Source: a virus. From it: DNA of 64,000 nucleotides. The stretch is taken from positions 31,532-95,531 of the IMG/VR virus record IMGVR_UViG_3300032898_000001. The stretch is one strand, 5' to 3'. Shown piece by piece: positions 47,803 to 59,100 of this stretch. The position numbers were made by a program, and so were the translations under genes. The number at the start of each line of letters is the position of its first letter. Positions within the stretch are counted from its first letter, which is position 1. The notes under the pieces were generated by a model, which made no database searches, was not told the DNA's origin, and saw nothing but the letters and a program-made list of their open reading frames with translations.

Positions 47803-49296
47803 ATGGCCGAGTCGCTCTCGGAGATCAAGCTCGAGCGGCTCAAGCACCTCAGGGACCTGCGTGCCGAGCGTCACCGGATCGAGTCCGGTGACGCTCTCAA
47901 GCGTGACTGGCGCGACATCGCTCGGCCCGACCAGCTCCCGCCCGACGGAAACTGGTTCGTCTGGTTGATCCTGGCCGGCCGAGGCTGGGGCAAGTCCCGG
48001 ACCGCGGCCGAGTTCGTCGCCGCCCGCGCCCGGAAATACCCCGGCTCCCGTCAGGCCCTCATCGGCAAGACCATCGGTGACACTCGTGACGTCATGGTCG
48101 AGGGCGAGTCCGGTCTGCTCAGCTGCATCAAGGCCAGTGAGCTCCGCGGCGGTAGCGTCGACTCGGGCTGGAACCGGTCACTGGGGGAGCTGTACCTGGC
48201 CAACGGCAGCCGGTTCGACACCTACGCCAGTGAGAAGCCCTGGCGGCTTCGTGGCCCCCAGTTCCACGGGGCCTGGGCGGACGAGTCCTGCTTCTGGGTG
48301 GACGCCCACAAGGGGACCATGGCGGACACGACCTGGTCCAACCTCACCATCGCCTGCCGCCTCCCGCGGCGCCCGAACTGGCCGGACGACTTCAAGGTCC
48401 AGGTGGTCGTCGCCACCACCCCGCGCCCGGTCGCGCTCCTGCGCGTCAGTGACCCGAACATGATGGCCCCCGGCCTGATGCAGCGTGAGAGCACCATCAT
48501 CACCCGGGGTCGCACGGTCGACAACCTCGCGAACCTCAGCGAGTCTTACAAGGCCAACGTCGTCGCCCCGCTTCTCGGCACCCAGCTCGGTCGACAAGAG
48601 CTTGACGCCGAGATCCTCGAGAACCGGGAAGGCGCGCTGTGGAAGCGCGACTGGATCGACGAGACCCGGCAGGAACCCGTGCCCGCCCCCGACTTCGTTC
48701 GCGTCGTCGTTGGCGTCGATCCGGCCGTCACGTCCGGGGAGGCCAGTGACCTCACCGGCATCGTCGTCGCCGGTGCCGACCGCAACGGCCAGGGCTACAT
48801 CCTCGCCGACTACACCATGCGCGGCACCCCGATGGAGTGCATGAACAAGGTCGTCTGGGCGTTCAACGAGCACAAGGCCGACCGTGTCGTCGCCGAGGTC
48901 AACAACGGCGGTGACTACATCGGCACCCTGCTCCACACCGTCGACCCCGACATCCCGTACCGGCCGGTCCACGCCAGCCGCGGCAAGGCCATCCGCGCCG
49001 AGCCGATCTCGTCCATGTATGAGCAGAAGCGGTTCCACCACCTCGGGTTCTTCCCACAGCTCGAGGACGAGCTCGTGACCTGGGCCCCGATCGACCCGGA
49101 GTCACCGAACCGTCTCGACGCCCTGGTCTGGGCGTGCACCGACCTCAAGGACCTCATCTCGGGCTCCTGGCTGGACGCCTACGGCATCATCAAGTGCGGC
49201 CACTGCCACAAGCCGTTCATGAACAAGAACAACGGGGTCCTCCGGGACCGCTGCCCGCACTGCAGCCACCCCATCCCCCAGCAGGAGGTCGCGTGA
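47803..49296 (+). CDS. Terminase large subunit
   Basis: AGRGWGKSR, LRGPQF..AWADE, VATTP, GRQEL, VGVDPA, AEVNNGG, SPNRLDA. Confidence 0.95.
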   Translation: MAESLSEIKLERLKHLRDLRAERHRIESGDALKRDWRDIARPDQLPPDGNWFVWLILAGRGWGKSRTAAEFVAARARKYPGSRQALIGKTIGDTRDVMVEGESGLLSCIKASELRGGSVDSGWNRSLGELYLANGSRFDTYASEKPWRLRGPQFHGAWADESCFWVDAHKGTMADTTWSNLTIACRLPRRPNWPDDFKVQVVVATTPRPVALLRVSDPNMMAPGLMQRESTIITRGRTVDNLANLSESYKANVVAPLLGTQLGRQELDAEILENREGALWKRDWIDETRQEPVPAPDFVRVVVGVDPAVTSGEASDLTGIVVAGADRNGQGYILADYTMRGTPMECMNKVVWAFNEHKADRVVAEVNNGGDYIGTLLHTVDPDIPYRPVHASRGKAIRAEPISSMYEQKRFHHLGFFPQLEDELVTWAPIDPESPNRLDALVWACTDLKDLISGSWLDAYGIIKCGHCHKPFMNKNNGVLRDRCPHCSHPIPQQEVA

Positions 49297-49676
49297 CCGG
49301 ACCGAGCTTCCACGCCGGTGGGCCGGTCAACCCGCTCGACTCCGTGGCCCGCAACGTCGCTCACGGCGCGCAGCACCTCATCCAAGGGCTGCAGCCCAAG
49401 CCCCCGGTCCCGGCTCTTCCCCTGACCGCGGAGGAGAAGAAAGAGGCTGAGGACGCGATCCGGGCCGGCGCGGTCTGCCTGTTCTGCGCCAGCATCCACC
49501 CGGGGGCCAGCAGCCCGGCCTGCCCTCGCCTGGCCTCCGGCAAGCTCAACGGGGACGGCACGGTCGTCGAGTTCACGTTCTGGAAGGACGGGGAGTGGGA
49601 CACCAGTCGCCTCGTCCCGATTGAGGACCTCGACGAGACCGCGGCCGACGAGCTCGACCCGAGAGAGAACCCGTGA
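49293..49676 (+). CDS. Hypothetical protein
   Basis: CLFC..H....CPR; GTGA overlap. Confidence 0.65.
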   Translation: MTGPSFHAGGPVNPLDSVARNVAHGAQHLIQGLQPKPPVPALPLTAEEKKEAEDAIRAGAVCLFCASIHPGASSPACPRLASGKLNGDGTVVEFTFWKDGEWDTSRLVPIEDLDETAADELDPRENP

Positions 49677-49867
49677 CCGAACGCGAGCAGGACCTCATTC
49701 GCCTGCGCCTCATCGACTCGGCCCTGCAACGCGGGATCACCTGGCACGAGATCGCCAAGAGCACCGGCTACCCCGACGGTAAGACCGCCAAGAACGCGAC
49801 CAAGAAGCTCGCCCGGAAGTACGAGAGAATCCTGCGCCGCGAGGCCGAGACCGTAGAGGGGACGTGA
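49673..49867 (+). CDS. Small HTH-like protein
   Basis: GITWHEIAKSTGY. Confidence 0.55.
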   Translation: MTEREQDLIRLRLIDSALQRGITWHEIAKSTGYPDGKTAKNATKKLARKYERILRREAETVEGT

Positions 49868-49870
49868 GGC

Positions 49871-52800
49871 GTGGCCAGTCGCAGGGCAATCATCCGGGCC
49901 GCCAAGGCCTCGGCCCCGTCCGGGCGTCCCACCCTGGGACCGCAGGGAGCGCAGCCGTACTTCGGTGCGGTTTCCCCGGTCGCCATGCAGAACCAGGTCG
50001 ACAACGGCTACGCCTACACGTACGGCAGCTTTCTTCCCCGGCCTCCCGAGACCTTCACTCAGGGCGCGTTCGGCCCGTTCAGCCCGATCCTGCCGGTCCC
50101 GGTCGACACCCCGACCGAGTCCGGTCGCGCCGAGCCGCGTCGCGAGCAGTACGAGGTCGGCTGGGACCTTCCGGTCGGGGAGCCCGGCACCGAGGGCATC
50201 AAGCTGGCCACGTTCCCGACCTTGCGGACCCTGGCCGACCTGTACTCGGTCGCTCGGGCCTGCATTCAGACCCGTAAATCGGAGGTCCGCGGCCTCGAGT
50301 GGGACATCATGCCCACCGCCGACGCCGCGAAGGCCAACAAGGGCAACGAGAAGTGGTTCCGGGACTTCGGCCAGCGCCGCGCCCAGGCCATGAAGTTCTT
50401 CCGCCGCCCCGACCCCGACTACTTCTCGTGGAACACGTTCATCGACGCGTTCCTCGAGGAGATCTTCGTCTTCGACGCGCTCTCTCTGTACCTACGCCCC
50501 AAGCGCGGCAAGGGGATGCGGAAGGGTCTCCTGGGCAGTGACCTGGACTCCCTGGAGCTGCTCAGTGGCCCGACCATCCGACCGCTGTACGGCATTCACG
50601 GTGAGTTCCCGCGGCCCCCGGCTCCGGCCTACCAGCAGTACCTGTACGGTGTGCCCCGGTCCGACTTCATGCGCATGGTCACCCAGGCCGACATCGAGGA
50701 CGCCGGCCTGGCCGGCAGTGCCTGGGGCCAGTTCCGCGGGGACCAGCTCCTGTACCTGCCGATGAACCCGCGCCGGTGGACCCCGTACGGTTTCCCGCCC
50801 ATCGAGCGCGCCCTGATCCCGGTCATGTCCGGCCTGCAGAAGCAGGGATACGCCCTGGACTTCTTCCGGGAGGGCACGGTCCCGGCCGTGTATGTCTCGC
50901 CCGGGGACCAGTCCATGACCCCGAACCAGATCCGGGAGCTCCAGGACGCCCTGAACGCGTTCGCCGGGGACCCGGCGTTCCACCACAAGATCATCGTGTT
51001 GCCCGCCGGCTCCAAGACCATGCCGCAGCGCGACGCGCAGCTCGCCGACCAGTTCGACGAGGTCGTCATGAACCAGGTGTGCATGGCGTTCGACGTCATG
51101 CCCATGGAGCTCGGCATCTCGCCCAAGGTCAGCACCACGATGTCCCCGGGCGCGTCGAACCAGATGGCCAAGATGACCGCGAGCACCGCGGAACGGAAGA
51201 GCACCAAGCCTCTCCTGGCCTACATCTGCGACATCATGAACCAGATCCTGCAGAACGTGGCCGGTCAGGACGACATGGAGTTCGTCTTCGAGGGCCTCGA
51301 GGAGGAAGAGGACCAGGAGCAGCTCACCCAACTTCTCACCCAGCAGATCACCAACGGCATCCGCAGCATCGACGAGGCCCGGGACGAGCTCAACCTGCAG
51401 CCCTGGGGCCTGCCCGAGACCAGCGGCCCCGTCTACCTCAGCCCGACCGGCCCGATCCCGTTCGGGTCCGTTCCGCTCACGCAGGCCCCGGCTCCCGGCG
51501 AGCCGGGGTCACCCGGCAACCCGGCACCCGCCGCCCCGAAGCCCGGAGAGGCCCCGGTCGCCGGCGGTTCCGGAGAGGACGGGGAGGGACCGGCCGCGCC
51601 TCCCGGCAAGCCGAAGCCTCAGCCCACCCCGAGCGGCGGGGACGGCAAGAACTCGCCCGGTCACGCCGCGGCCGAGGCCGCCGACAGCCAGGAGGGTCGT
51701 CAGGCCAGCCGGGCGGGCATGGCCAGCGGCGTCAAACGAGGTGAGGCCTCCGAGAAACCGAGCGAGAAGCCCGCCAACGCCCCCGACAAGAAGTCCACCA
51801 CCTCGTCGACCAAGTTCGTCGTCCCGGCCGGGCTCGAGAAGGCCGTCGACAATGAGCTCGAGGCGCTCAGCCGGCACCTGCGCAAGGGCCGTCAAATCAG
51901 CACGTGGGCCCCAAAGAACGTGCCTCAGGTGACCCTGGCCTGCATCAGTCAGCACCTGGCCAAGGGCCTTGGGGTTGACGCGGCCGTCGCGATCGCCAAG
52001 ACCACGACCCTGGCGCCGCCGGCCGCTCCCCCGCAGCCGGCTCAGGCCCAGACCGTGCCGCCTCCCCCGCCGACCACCGGCGCGAACTGGGCGGGCTGGG
52101 TCAAGGACGCCGCCCTGGCCGACCTCTACGCGCACCTCATCACCGGCGCGTTCCACAAGAGCTTCCACGACGTGGCCGCCCTCGGGGCCGGGGTCCTGAA
52201 CGGCAGCGTGGCGGTCACTCACCAGGTCCTCAAGGGCCTCCTTCACTCCTCGATCGGCAAGCACGTCGGGCCGGTCCTGCAGGACCTGTGGCACGAGGCG
52301 TGGTACCTCGGTGACCGTGCCGGCCAGGCCGCGGTCACCAAGTCCCCGGTCGACTGGGGCCACTGGCAGCTCGGCAAGCCCGGCACGGCCCCGCTCGGGG
52401 AGACCGCTCACGTCTTCGAGAAGACCGTGCTCGGTCCGGGCCTCGAGGTCGCCAACGGGATCGCCGACACGCGACTCGAGCAGGTCGCGCAGGCCATGCG
52501 AGACAGCGACACGCCCGAGGCCCTCAGCCAGAAGCTCAGTGACCTGCTCGACGTTACCAACCGCGCCCTGATGATCGCGCAGACCGAGACCACGCGCCTC
52601 TCCTCGTTCGCGGCCATGAACCGGTACGGCATCGCCGGGGTCATGAAGATCGAGTGGAACGTGGAGCCCGGTGCCTGCGCGGTCTGCCGTGGCAACGCTG
52701 CCCAGGACCCGATCCCGGTCGGGGACGTGTTCAAGTCCGGGGCCGCGGCTCCCCCTCAGCATCCTCGTTGTAGATGTTCCATAGAACCCATGGCCTTCGC

Positions 52801-55090
52801 CGGCGACCTCACCAAGAGCACCGCCCTGGCCGAGCGCCGCGTCGCGATCAACGGCCAGGAGGGCTGGTACGACCCGTACAACGCGGCCGGCGGCGGTGGG
52901 CAGTCCCCGGTTCGGCACTGGGGTGACGGCACCCAGGCCCCCGACGGGGTCCCGGTCACCGGCGGCGTCCCGGGCAACAGCGCCGGCGGGGACTACCCGC
53001 GCTGGGACACCCCGGTCGCGAACGGCTACCAGGGCGGGCTCAACGACCTCAGCGACCCGCGAAACCCGGCCCAGGGGCACGTCAGCGGCAACGACGCCAG
53101 CCAGCCCTACGGGGTCTCTCACCAGACCGACGTGAACGCCCGATCCGCCGTCGGGGTCAACGCCCCGGCCGCGGACCGCTGGCCGTCCGGCCAAACCCAG
53201 ACCGACCAGCCGCCCGGGGTCGTCAACGCACGCCCCGGAGAGGACCCGATCCGCGGGTCGTGGGGCACCACGCAGAAGGCCACCGGGATCGTCGCCGCCG
53301 GGATCGCGGTCCTCGCCGAGAACACCGGCCGGGTCCTCATGCTGCAGCGAGCGATGGGAGACGACGACCCGGCAGCTGGTTACTGGGAGTTCCCGGGAGG
53401 CTGCCTCGAGCCCGGTGAGAACGCGCTGCAGGCGGCCAAGCGCGAGTGGCAGGAGGAAGTCGGGGTCCACCTCCCGGCCGGTACCGTCACCAACCGCTGG
53501 GACGCGTCCAACGGCAAGTACGTGGGATTCGTCTACACGGTCCCGGACGAGAACGGGATCCCGCTGTTCGAGGGCCGGCGGGACGTGCCGAACCCGGACG
53601 ACCCGGACCGGGACGCCGTGGAGGCCGTTGCCTGGTGGGACCCGAGCCACCTGGCCGGGAACCCGGCCATCCGGCCCGAGCTGAAGAGCGACCTCGACGA
53701 CGTGCTCGACGCGCTCGGTCAGGTCACGAAGGCCGCCACAGGCTACCTCGACGGCCCGACCGCGACCCCGGCCGAGGTCCGGGAGGTCATGGCCAAGAAC
53801 TTCCCGCCGGAGGCCCTCACCTGGCTGGCCGACGCGACGTGGCACGGCCCGATGCCGGTCCCCCTGGCCGACATCGACTTCAGCAACGAGAAGACCTGGG
53901 CGGCCCACCACCAGGTCGCGCACGACGATGAGTTCGTGCAGCGGCTCCGGGATGGGGAGAAGCTCAACCCGATCATCCTCATCGACACGCCCAAGCAGCA
54001 CGACTTCATGATCGTGGACGGCCACCACCGGGCCCTGGCCTACCGCAAGCTCGGTGAGAGCCCGATCGCGTACGTCGGCACGACCACCTCCCCGACCGGG
54101 CCGTGGGACGAGACCCACTCGTACCAGCTCAGCCAGGGAGCCAAGGAAGCCAACAAGGCCGCGACCGCCGACACGGTGAAGATCGGTCCCGAGGGCTACG
54201 TCCACGGGTGGATCAAGGTGGGAGTGGGAGTCGACTCAACTCACCTCTCCGTGAAGAAGAATGGCGACGTCGTTCACAAGCCCACCGGCGAGGTCTTGGG
54301 TCACGTCGAGAGGCACGAAGACAGCCCTCGCAAGGGAACCACCACCTTCATCACGCACCACGCCGACGGGACCAAGACGTACGACGGGATCTATAAGCGA
54401 GAGGCCCTGGCCTCGGTCGCGCAGCACCACAACCAGACGGTCCACGCCACGGCCTTGCCGAAGACCGAGGTGGAGCCGCACCCGGCCGTAGACCTGACGC
54501 CTCAGCCCCTGAGTGAGGTCACGTCATCGTCCCCGGTGGGAAGCGCTCAGTGGCGAGCTGACCAGTTGATGACTCAGATCATCAAGGAGGGACCAGCTCA
54601 CCCTCAGACACCACTCAAGGCCATCACGGCCATGCCGCAGGTGGGCAACGACGACAAGGTCCGCGCTGGCTACAAGCTCGCTGAGCACACGATCAAGGTC
54701 CGTAACGACGTCATCCACGGCAAGAACAAGCGCACCAACCTGCCCGGGTGGAACACGCCGACGGGAACCGCGTCCTCGGAGCACGCGACCCTGACCCACG
54801 AGTACGGTCACCACCTGATGTACGCGATGAGCGAGGACCAGTACCAGGACATGCTGAAAGACCTGAACCAGACGATGGGAACGCACCTCAGCGGTACCCG
54901 GTTCGGGTCGGTGCCGATCTCACCTCAGGACAAGGCCCGGATCGTGAACCGCGTTGGCACGTACGCGTCCGCCAACAACAAGGAGCTTATCGCCGAGCTC
55001 TACGCGGAACACCAGCTCTCCCCGAACCCGCGTCCCGCGGCGCAGGTCGTCGGCAAGCACCTCTTCGCGGCTCACGGAGGCGCTCAGTGA
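49871..55090 (+). CDS. Portal protein fused to MuF, Nudix, ParB-like and zincin metallopeptidase domains
   Basis: Portal (YGFPPIE, FFREGTVP, AFDVMPMELG, IDEARDELNLQP); MuF (IAQTETTR..CAVC..PPQHPRCRC); Nudix (WEFPGG..EPGE..AAKREWQEEVG); ParB (IVDGHHRALA); THEYGH..YA...KELIAE. Confidence 0.9.
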   Translation: MASRRAIIRAAKASAPSGRPTLGPQGAQPYFGAVSPVAMQNQVDNGYAYTYGSFLPRPPETFTQGAFGPFSPILPVPVDTPTESGRAEPRREQYEVGWDLPVGEPGTEGIKLATFPTLRTLADLYSVARACIQTRKSEVRGLEWDIMPTADAAKANKGNEKWFRDFGQRRAQAMKFFRRPDPDYFSWNTFIDAFLEEIFVFDALSLYLRPKRGKGMRKGLLGSDLDSLELLSGPTIRPLYGIHGEFPRPPAPAYQQYLYGVPRSDFMRMVTQADIEDAGLAGSAWGQFRGDQLLYLPMNPRRWTPYGFPPIERALIPVMSGLQKQGYALDFFREGTVPAVYVSPGDQSMTPNQIRELQDALNAFAGDPAFHHKIIVLPAGSKTMPQRDAQLADQFDEVVMNQVCMAFDVMPMELGISPKVSTTMSPGASNQMAKMTASTAERKSTKPLLAYICDIMNQILQNVAGQDDMEFVFEGLEEEEDQEQLTQLLTQQITNGIRSIDEARDELNLQPWGLPETSGPVYLSPTGPIPFGSVPLTQAPAPGEPGSPGNPAPAAPKPGEAPVAGGSGEDGEGPAAPPGKPKPQPTPSGGDGKNSPGHAAAEAADSQEGRQASRAGMASGVKRGEASEKPSEKPANAPDKKSTTSSTKFVVPAGLEKAVDNELEALSRHLRKGRQISTWAPKNVPQVTLACISQHLAKGLGVDAAVAIAKTTTLAPPAAPPQPAQAQTVPPPPPTTGANWAGWVKDAALADLYAHLITGAFHKSFHDVAALGAGVLNGSVAVTHQVLKGLLHSSIGKHVGPVLQDLWHEAWYLGDRAGQAAVTKSPVDWGHWQLGKPGTAPLGETAHVFEKTVLGPGLEVANGIADTRLEQVAQAMRDSDTPEALSQKLSDLLDVTNRALMIAQTETTRLSSFAAMNRYGIAGVMKIEWNVEPGACAVCRGNAAQDPIPVGDVFKSGAAAPPQHPRCRCSIEPMAFAGDLTKSTALAERRVAINGQEGWYDPYNAAGGGGQSPVRHWGDGTQAPDGVPVTGGVPGNSAGGDYPRWDTPVANGYQGGLNDLSDPRNPAQGHVSGNDASQPYGVSHQTDVNARSAVGVNAPAADRWPSGQTQTDQPPGVVNARPGEDPIRGSWGTTQKATGIVAAGIAVLAENTGRVLMLQRAMGDDDPAAGYWEFPGGCLEPGENALQAAKREWQEEVGVHLPAGTVTNRWDASNGKYVGFVYTVPDENGIPLFEGRRDVPNPDDPDRDAVEAVAWWDPSHLAGNPAIRPELKSDLDDVLDALGQVTKAATGYLDGPTATPAEVREVMAKNFPPEALTWLADATWHGPMPVPLADIDFSNEKTWAAHHQVAHDDEFVQRLRDGEKLNPIILIDTPKQHDFMIVDGHHRALAYRKLGESPIAYVGTTTSPTGPWDETHSYQLSQGAKEANKAATADTVKIGPEGYVHGWIKVGVGVDSTHLSVKKNGDVVHKPTGEVLGHVERHEDSPRKGTTTFITHHADGTKTYDGIYKREALASVAQHHNQTVHATALPKTEVEPHPAVDLTPQPLSEVTSSSPVGSAQWRADQLMTQIIKEGPAHPQTPLKAITAMPQVGNDDKVRAGYKLAEHTIKVRNDVIHGKNKRTNLPGWNTPTGTASSEHATLTHEYGHHLMYAMSEDQYQDMLKDLNQTMGTHLSGTRFGSVPISPQDKARIVNRVGTYASANNKELIAELYAEHQLSPNPRPAAQVVGKHLFAAHGGAQ

Positions 55091-56178
55091 CGACGAAGCA
55101 GGCCACGGCGAACCACCTCTCCAAGCTGATCGTTGAGCTGCGAGGTGAACCTCAGACGAACGAGGTCCGCTCAGCTCTCGACAAGCTGAAGAGCCAGTTC
55201 TCCCAGCTGAAGAACCTGCCGGTGACCAAGTCCGCCGAGACCCCTGAGCTCGCTAGCACCCACCGCCCGCTCGGCACCCACGGTCTCTGGGGCGACCGGG
55301 ACGCGCAGCTCCCGGCCTACATCCAGAACATCGCCCACGCGATGATCAAGGACGGGCACGACGAGTCGTCCGCGATCGCCCTGGCGATCGGGGCCGTGAA
55401 GCGCTGGGCCGCCGGTGAGGGCAAGGTCACTCCCGAGGTGCAGGCCGCGGCGACCGCCGCCCTGGCCGAGTGGGAGAAGCTCAAGGCAGAGCACAACAAG
55501 ACGAAGGCCGTCGACACGGACTTCATCAAAGTAGGACCTCACGGTTACGTTCACGGCTGGGTCAAGGTCGGTACCACGGAGCCAACCATCCCGCACGATA
55601 CGGCGGTTGAGGTATCACGTGCTCTCAACGGCCAGGGATCCATGCCTCGCAGCAAGATGGCTACGAGTGTCAAGCTAGGCGTGAAGGAATGGACTCGAGG
55701 AGGCACATCACAGAAGTCTCTATTTCCACAAGATCTCGCTAACTTTCACGCAGTTGTCAGTCACGCTTCCGCTAATGCACCAAAACTGTATCGTGGTGTT
55801 CACGCGTTTGAAGGAAATAAGAACTGGCCAGCGAGTGATCCAGCGAAGCTTGAGAAGGTGAGGCATCTCGCAGCCTCTAAACCTGGTGACATTATTACAA
55901 ACAACAGGCCTTCTTCTTGGTCTGAAGATGAGAAGGTAGCGCACGATTTCTCGGCTGTTGATCGTCAAATCAGCAGCGTTTCTCCAAACAATGTCGCAGT
56001 TCAGCTAGAACTCGATTCTGGTGCACGAGCGGTGAATATCCAAAAGCATGCACGCTCTGACATGAAATACCAAAAGGAATGGGTCTCGCCACCTTCAAGT
56101 TACCAGGTCACCGCTGTAGAGCCTCATCCCACCATAACCGGTCTTACCGTACTTCACGTTAGGGAGGTGAATGAGTGA
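55087..56178 (+). CDS. Head-module protein with a C-terminal R-S-E ADP-ribosyltransferase-like domain
   Basis: GTGA-coupled start; LPAYIQNIAHAM..KRWAAG module; KVGPHGYVHGWVKVG; LYRG..SSWS..QKEW. Confidence 0.75.
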   Translation: MTTKQATANHLSKLIVELRGEPQTNEVRSALDKLKSQFSQLKNLPVTKSAETPELASTHRPLGTHGLWGDRDAQLPAYIQNIAHAMIKDGHDESSAIALAIGAVKRWAAGEGKVTPEVQAAATAALAEWEKLKAEHNKTKAVDTDFIKVGPHGYVHGWVKVGTTEPTIPHDTAVEVSRALNGQGSMPRSKMATSVKLGVKEWTRGGTSQKSLFPQDLANFHAVVSHASANAPKLYRGVHAFEGNKNWPASDPAKLEKVRHLAASKPGDIITNNRPSSWSEDEKVAHDFSAVDRQISSVSPNNVAVQLELDSGARAVNIQKHARSDMKYQKEWVSPPSSYQVTAVEPHPTITGLTVLHVREVNE

Positions 56179-59100
56179 TCGCGGTAATTGATCTTAGTGA
56201 TCTGCTAGGAAACTGGAATGAGCATCTCGATGAGCCTGGCTTCGACGTCGGTTCGCTAGGTGAGTTGACGATCAAATTCGAGGTACCTGACGTCGTCAAG
56301 GACTCTTTCGAGGGTCACCACATCGCCGGCACCCCGGACACGTACAAGCACGGCTGGATCAAGATCGGCGTCGGCGTCGACTCCTCGCACCTGAGCCTCA
56401 AGAAGAACGGCGACGTGGTTCATAAGCCGACCGGGACCGTGATCGGGCACGTCGACAAGAAGACCGACTTCCCGACCAAGGGCACGAGCACCTTCGTCAC
56501 GTCCCACGCCAACGGCAAGCAGGTCTACAACGGCGTCTACAAGAAGGACGCCATGGCGGCCGTGGCCCGGTACCACAACCACGCCGCGTCGACCGACGCT
56601 CACGCTGCCGAGATCGCACCGACGACTACCGGTCACACGACCCCCGAAGCCGGTATGAACGGGTCGTACTTGCACACAACGAGTGCAGCTAATGCCACGA
56701 AAATCCAGTCCGAGGGATTCAGTCACGGCGAGGGCTACGGGGGTAGCATCGCACACGGCACATACCTATCTGTTGATAAGCCAACCGCGGAGTACTACCA
56801 CGCGCAGATGGGTCCCAACGCGCAGACGCTTTCGGTGACGGTCTCCGGCCTGAAGAACACCGCACATGTATCGTTCGACACGGACAAGTTCCAGATCCCG
56901 ACGGTGTCGGCCGTCGCCCACCAACTCAACCTGCACGACTCATTTGAGAAGAACAAACTTACTTTGAAAGGAACGGTACCGAATACGTCTCTAAACGCTC
57001 ATGCGTTGACTAAGACGTTGCAGGATGCCGGATACGACAGCCTACATATTCATAACCACAACGCTTCCGGAAAGGTGACAAGCGTTGGTGGTAATGAGTT
57101 GGTGGTTTTTGACCCACATCATCTTTCTGTGTCTAAGGCTCCCGGTCACAAGCCCACGCTGAATGATCTTCCCGAGGGGAGTGTCCCGATCATGTCCGGG
57201 ACCCACGTGACCGGCTACAAGGACCCGGCCGGGAACTGGTACGACGACAAGGGCAACCTCACGGTTACGGCACCGAAGAAGCCCGGGGCCCCGAACACGA
57301 CCACACCGAGCTCCAACCCCATCTCGGGAACCACCGTCCCGAAGGCTCTCGCCGGGGAAGACGCGTACCAGCACGCCAAGGCGAGTCAGGGCTACCTGAA
57401 CCCGACGCAGATGAATGCCCTGGCCAAATACGGCCAGCCCGAGGGCTACAAGACCGTGAACCCGTTCCTGAACAAGGACGGCATGGTCTACAACTCCAAC
57501 ATTCAGAAGTATCTGCCGGCGACCGAGGCTCAGACCAAGAGCGCCCAGACGATGATCAAGCATCTCGACGCGGCGTTCGCGACCAGCAAACCCACCACGC
57601 AAGACATGATCGTGCATCGTCGGATCGGGGACGGCGATCTTCTTCTCGGTCCTCCCGGTTCCCACGTGGGCAAGGTCTTCCACAACAAGGCCTACGTCTC
57701 CACGACGACCGCGACCGGCGGGATCCCTGGCAACGGCTACGGGTATGAGAACAAGAAGACCCTGCTGGACATTCAGGTCCCGACGGGAAGCAAGGTTCTC
57801 ATGGGCCAGGCAGCCGAGAAAGAGGTCATCCTCCCCCGGGGCGCCAAGTTCACGGTCGTGCACGACGAGGTGGAGCCCGACGGGACCCGCCACGTCAAGC
57901 TGCTCTACCATCCGGAAGACACCCCGTCGGCCGCGGTCCCGAAGACCAAGCCGGTCGCGAAGCCCGAGGTGACCCCGGCTCACGTTCCCGCGGCCGTGGC
58001 CCCGGTTCCCGGAGGCGGTGGCAAACCCGAGGGCACCATGAGCCTCAAGAAGAACGGGGAGCTCAAGGGGTACTACCACCTCGAGAACCACACGGTCTAC
58101 GACGTCAACGGCAACCCCATCGGCACGAGCCTCAGCAAGATCGGGGCCTTGCACCTCGCGAGCGGAAAGCACGAGACGGCCGCGGAGCTCGGTGCTCACG
58201 CCACCGTCACCGCCCCGGACGTCCCGGTACCGGCCGCATCCAGCGAGGACAACGAGGCCCTGGCCAAGCAGCTCAGTGACCACGCCATCGCCATGGAAGA
58301 CACCATGGAGGAGTCACCGGATCTCAACAGCGCGGTGCATCACATGGTTCAGGCCGCGGGATCGATCAGCAGCGGGAAGAAGAACCAGGCTCTCTCCTAC
58401 CTGTCGGCGGCCAAGAAAGATCTTTACTACCACGGCCAGGCGGAACCGGGTGACGCCGACTCGGTCAGCAGCTACCAGCATCACATCAGTCAGATCGAGA
58501 ACAAGCTTAACAACACTGAAGTCCCGTCACCGGCCGTACCTGACGTGGACCACGAACTAGTCAAGAAGATCGAAGACCATGCTGAGGCCATGGACGGCAA
58601 CCTGCATGACTCTACGTACCTTCCCCTGGCCGTCTTGAACACCAAGAAGGCCGCGGATCATTTGAAGAAGGGTAACAAGAAGGGCGCCGTCAATCATCTC
58701 GACCTAGCGTCCGTTCAGCTCAGCTCTCACGCGAAGGTTGAGCCAGACGACGCCGAGGGAGTAGCTCAGTTCCAGCAGCACTTTGAGCAGTTCAAAAACA
58801 AGATCAACGGTGATAGCTCCCCGTTGATTCCCGCTTCGGTGCACATCCCGGCCGGATCGATGATCGACTCCACCGACCTGTCGATGAAGACCAACGGCTA
58901 CATCGTTCACAAGCAGTCCAAGAAGGTCATCGGGCACGTCGAGAAGCAGAAAGACTTCCCCTCCAAGGGAACGACCACGTTCACGGTCACCCACAACGAC
59001 GGCACCAAGGTCTACACCGGCCCGTACAAGGGGAAGTCCCTGGCCGCTCTGGCTCAGCACCACAACACGCAGGGCAGCACGGCCTTCGACCCGTCCAACA

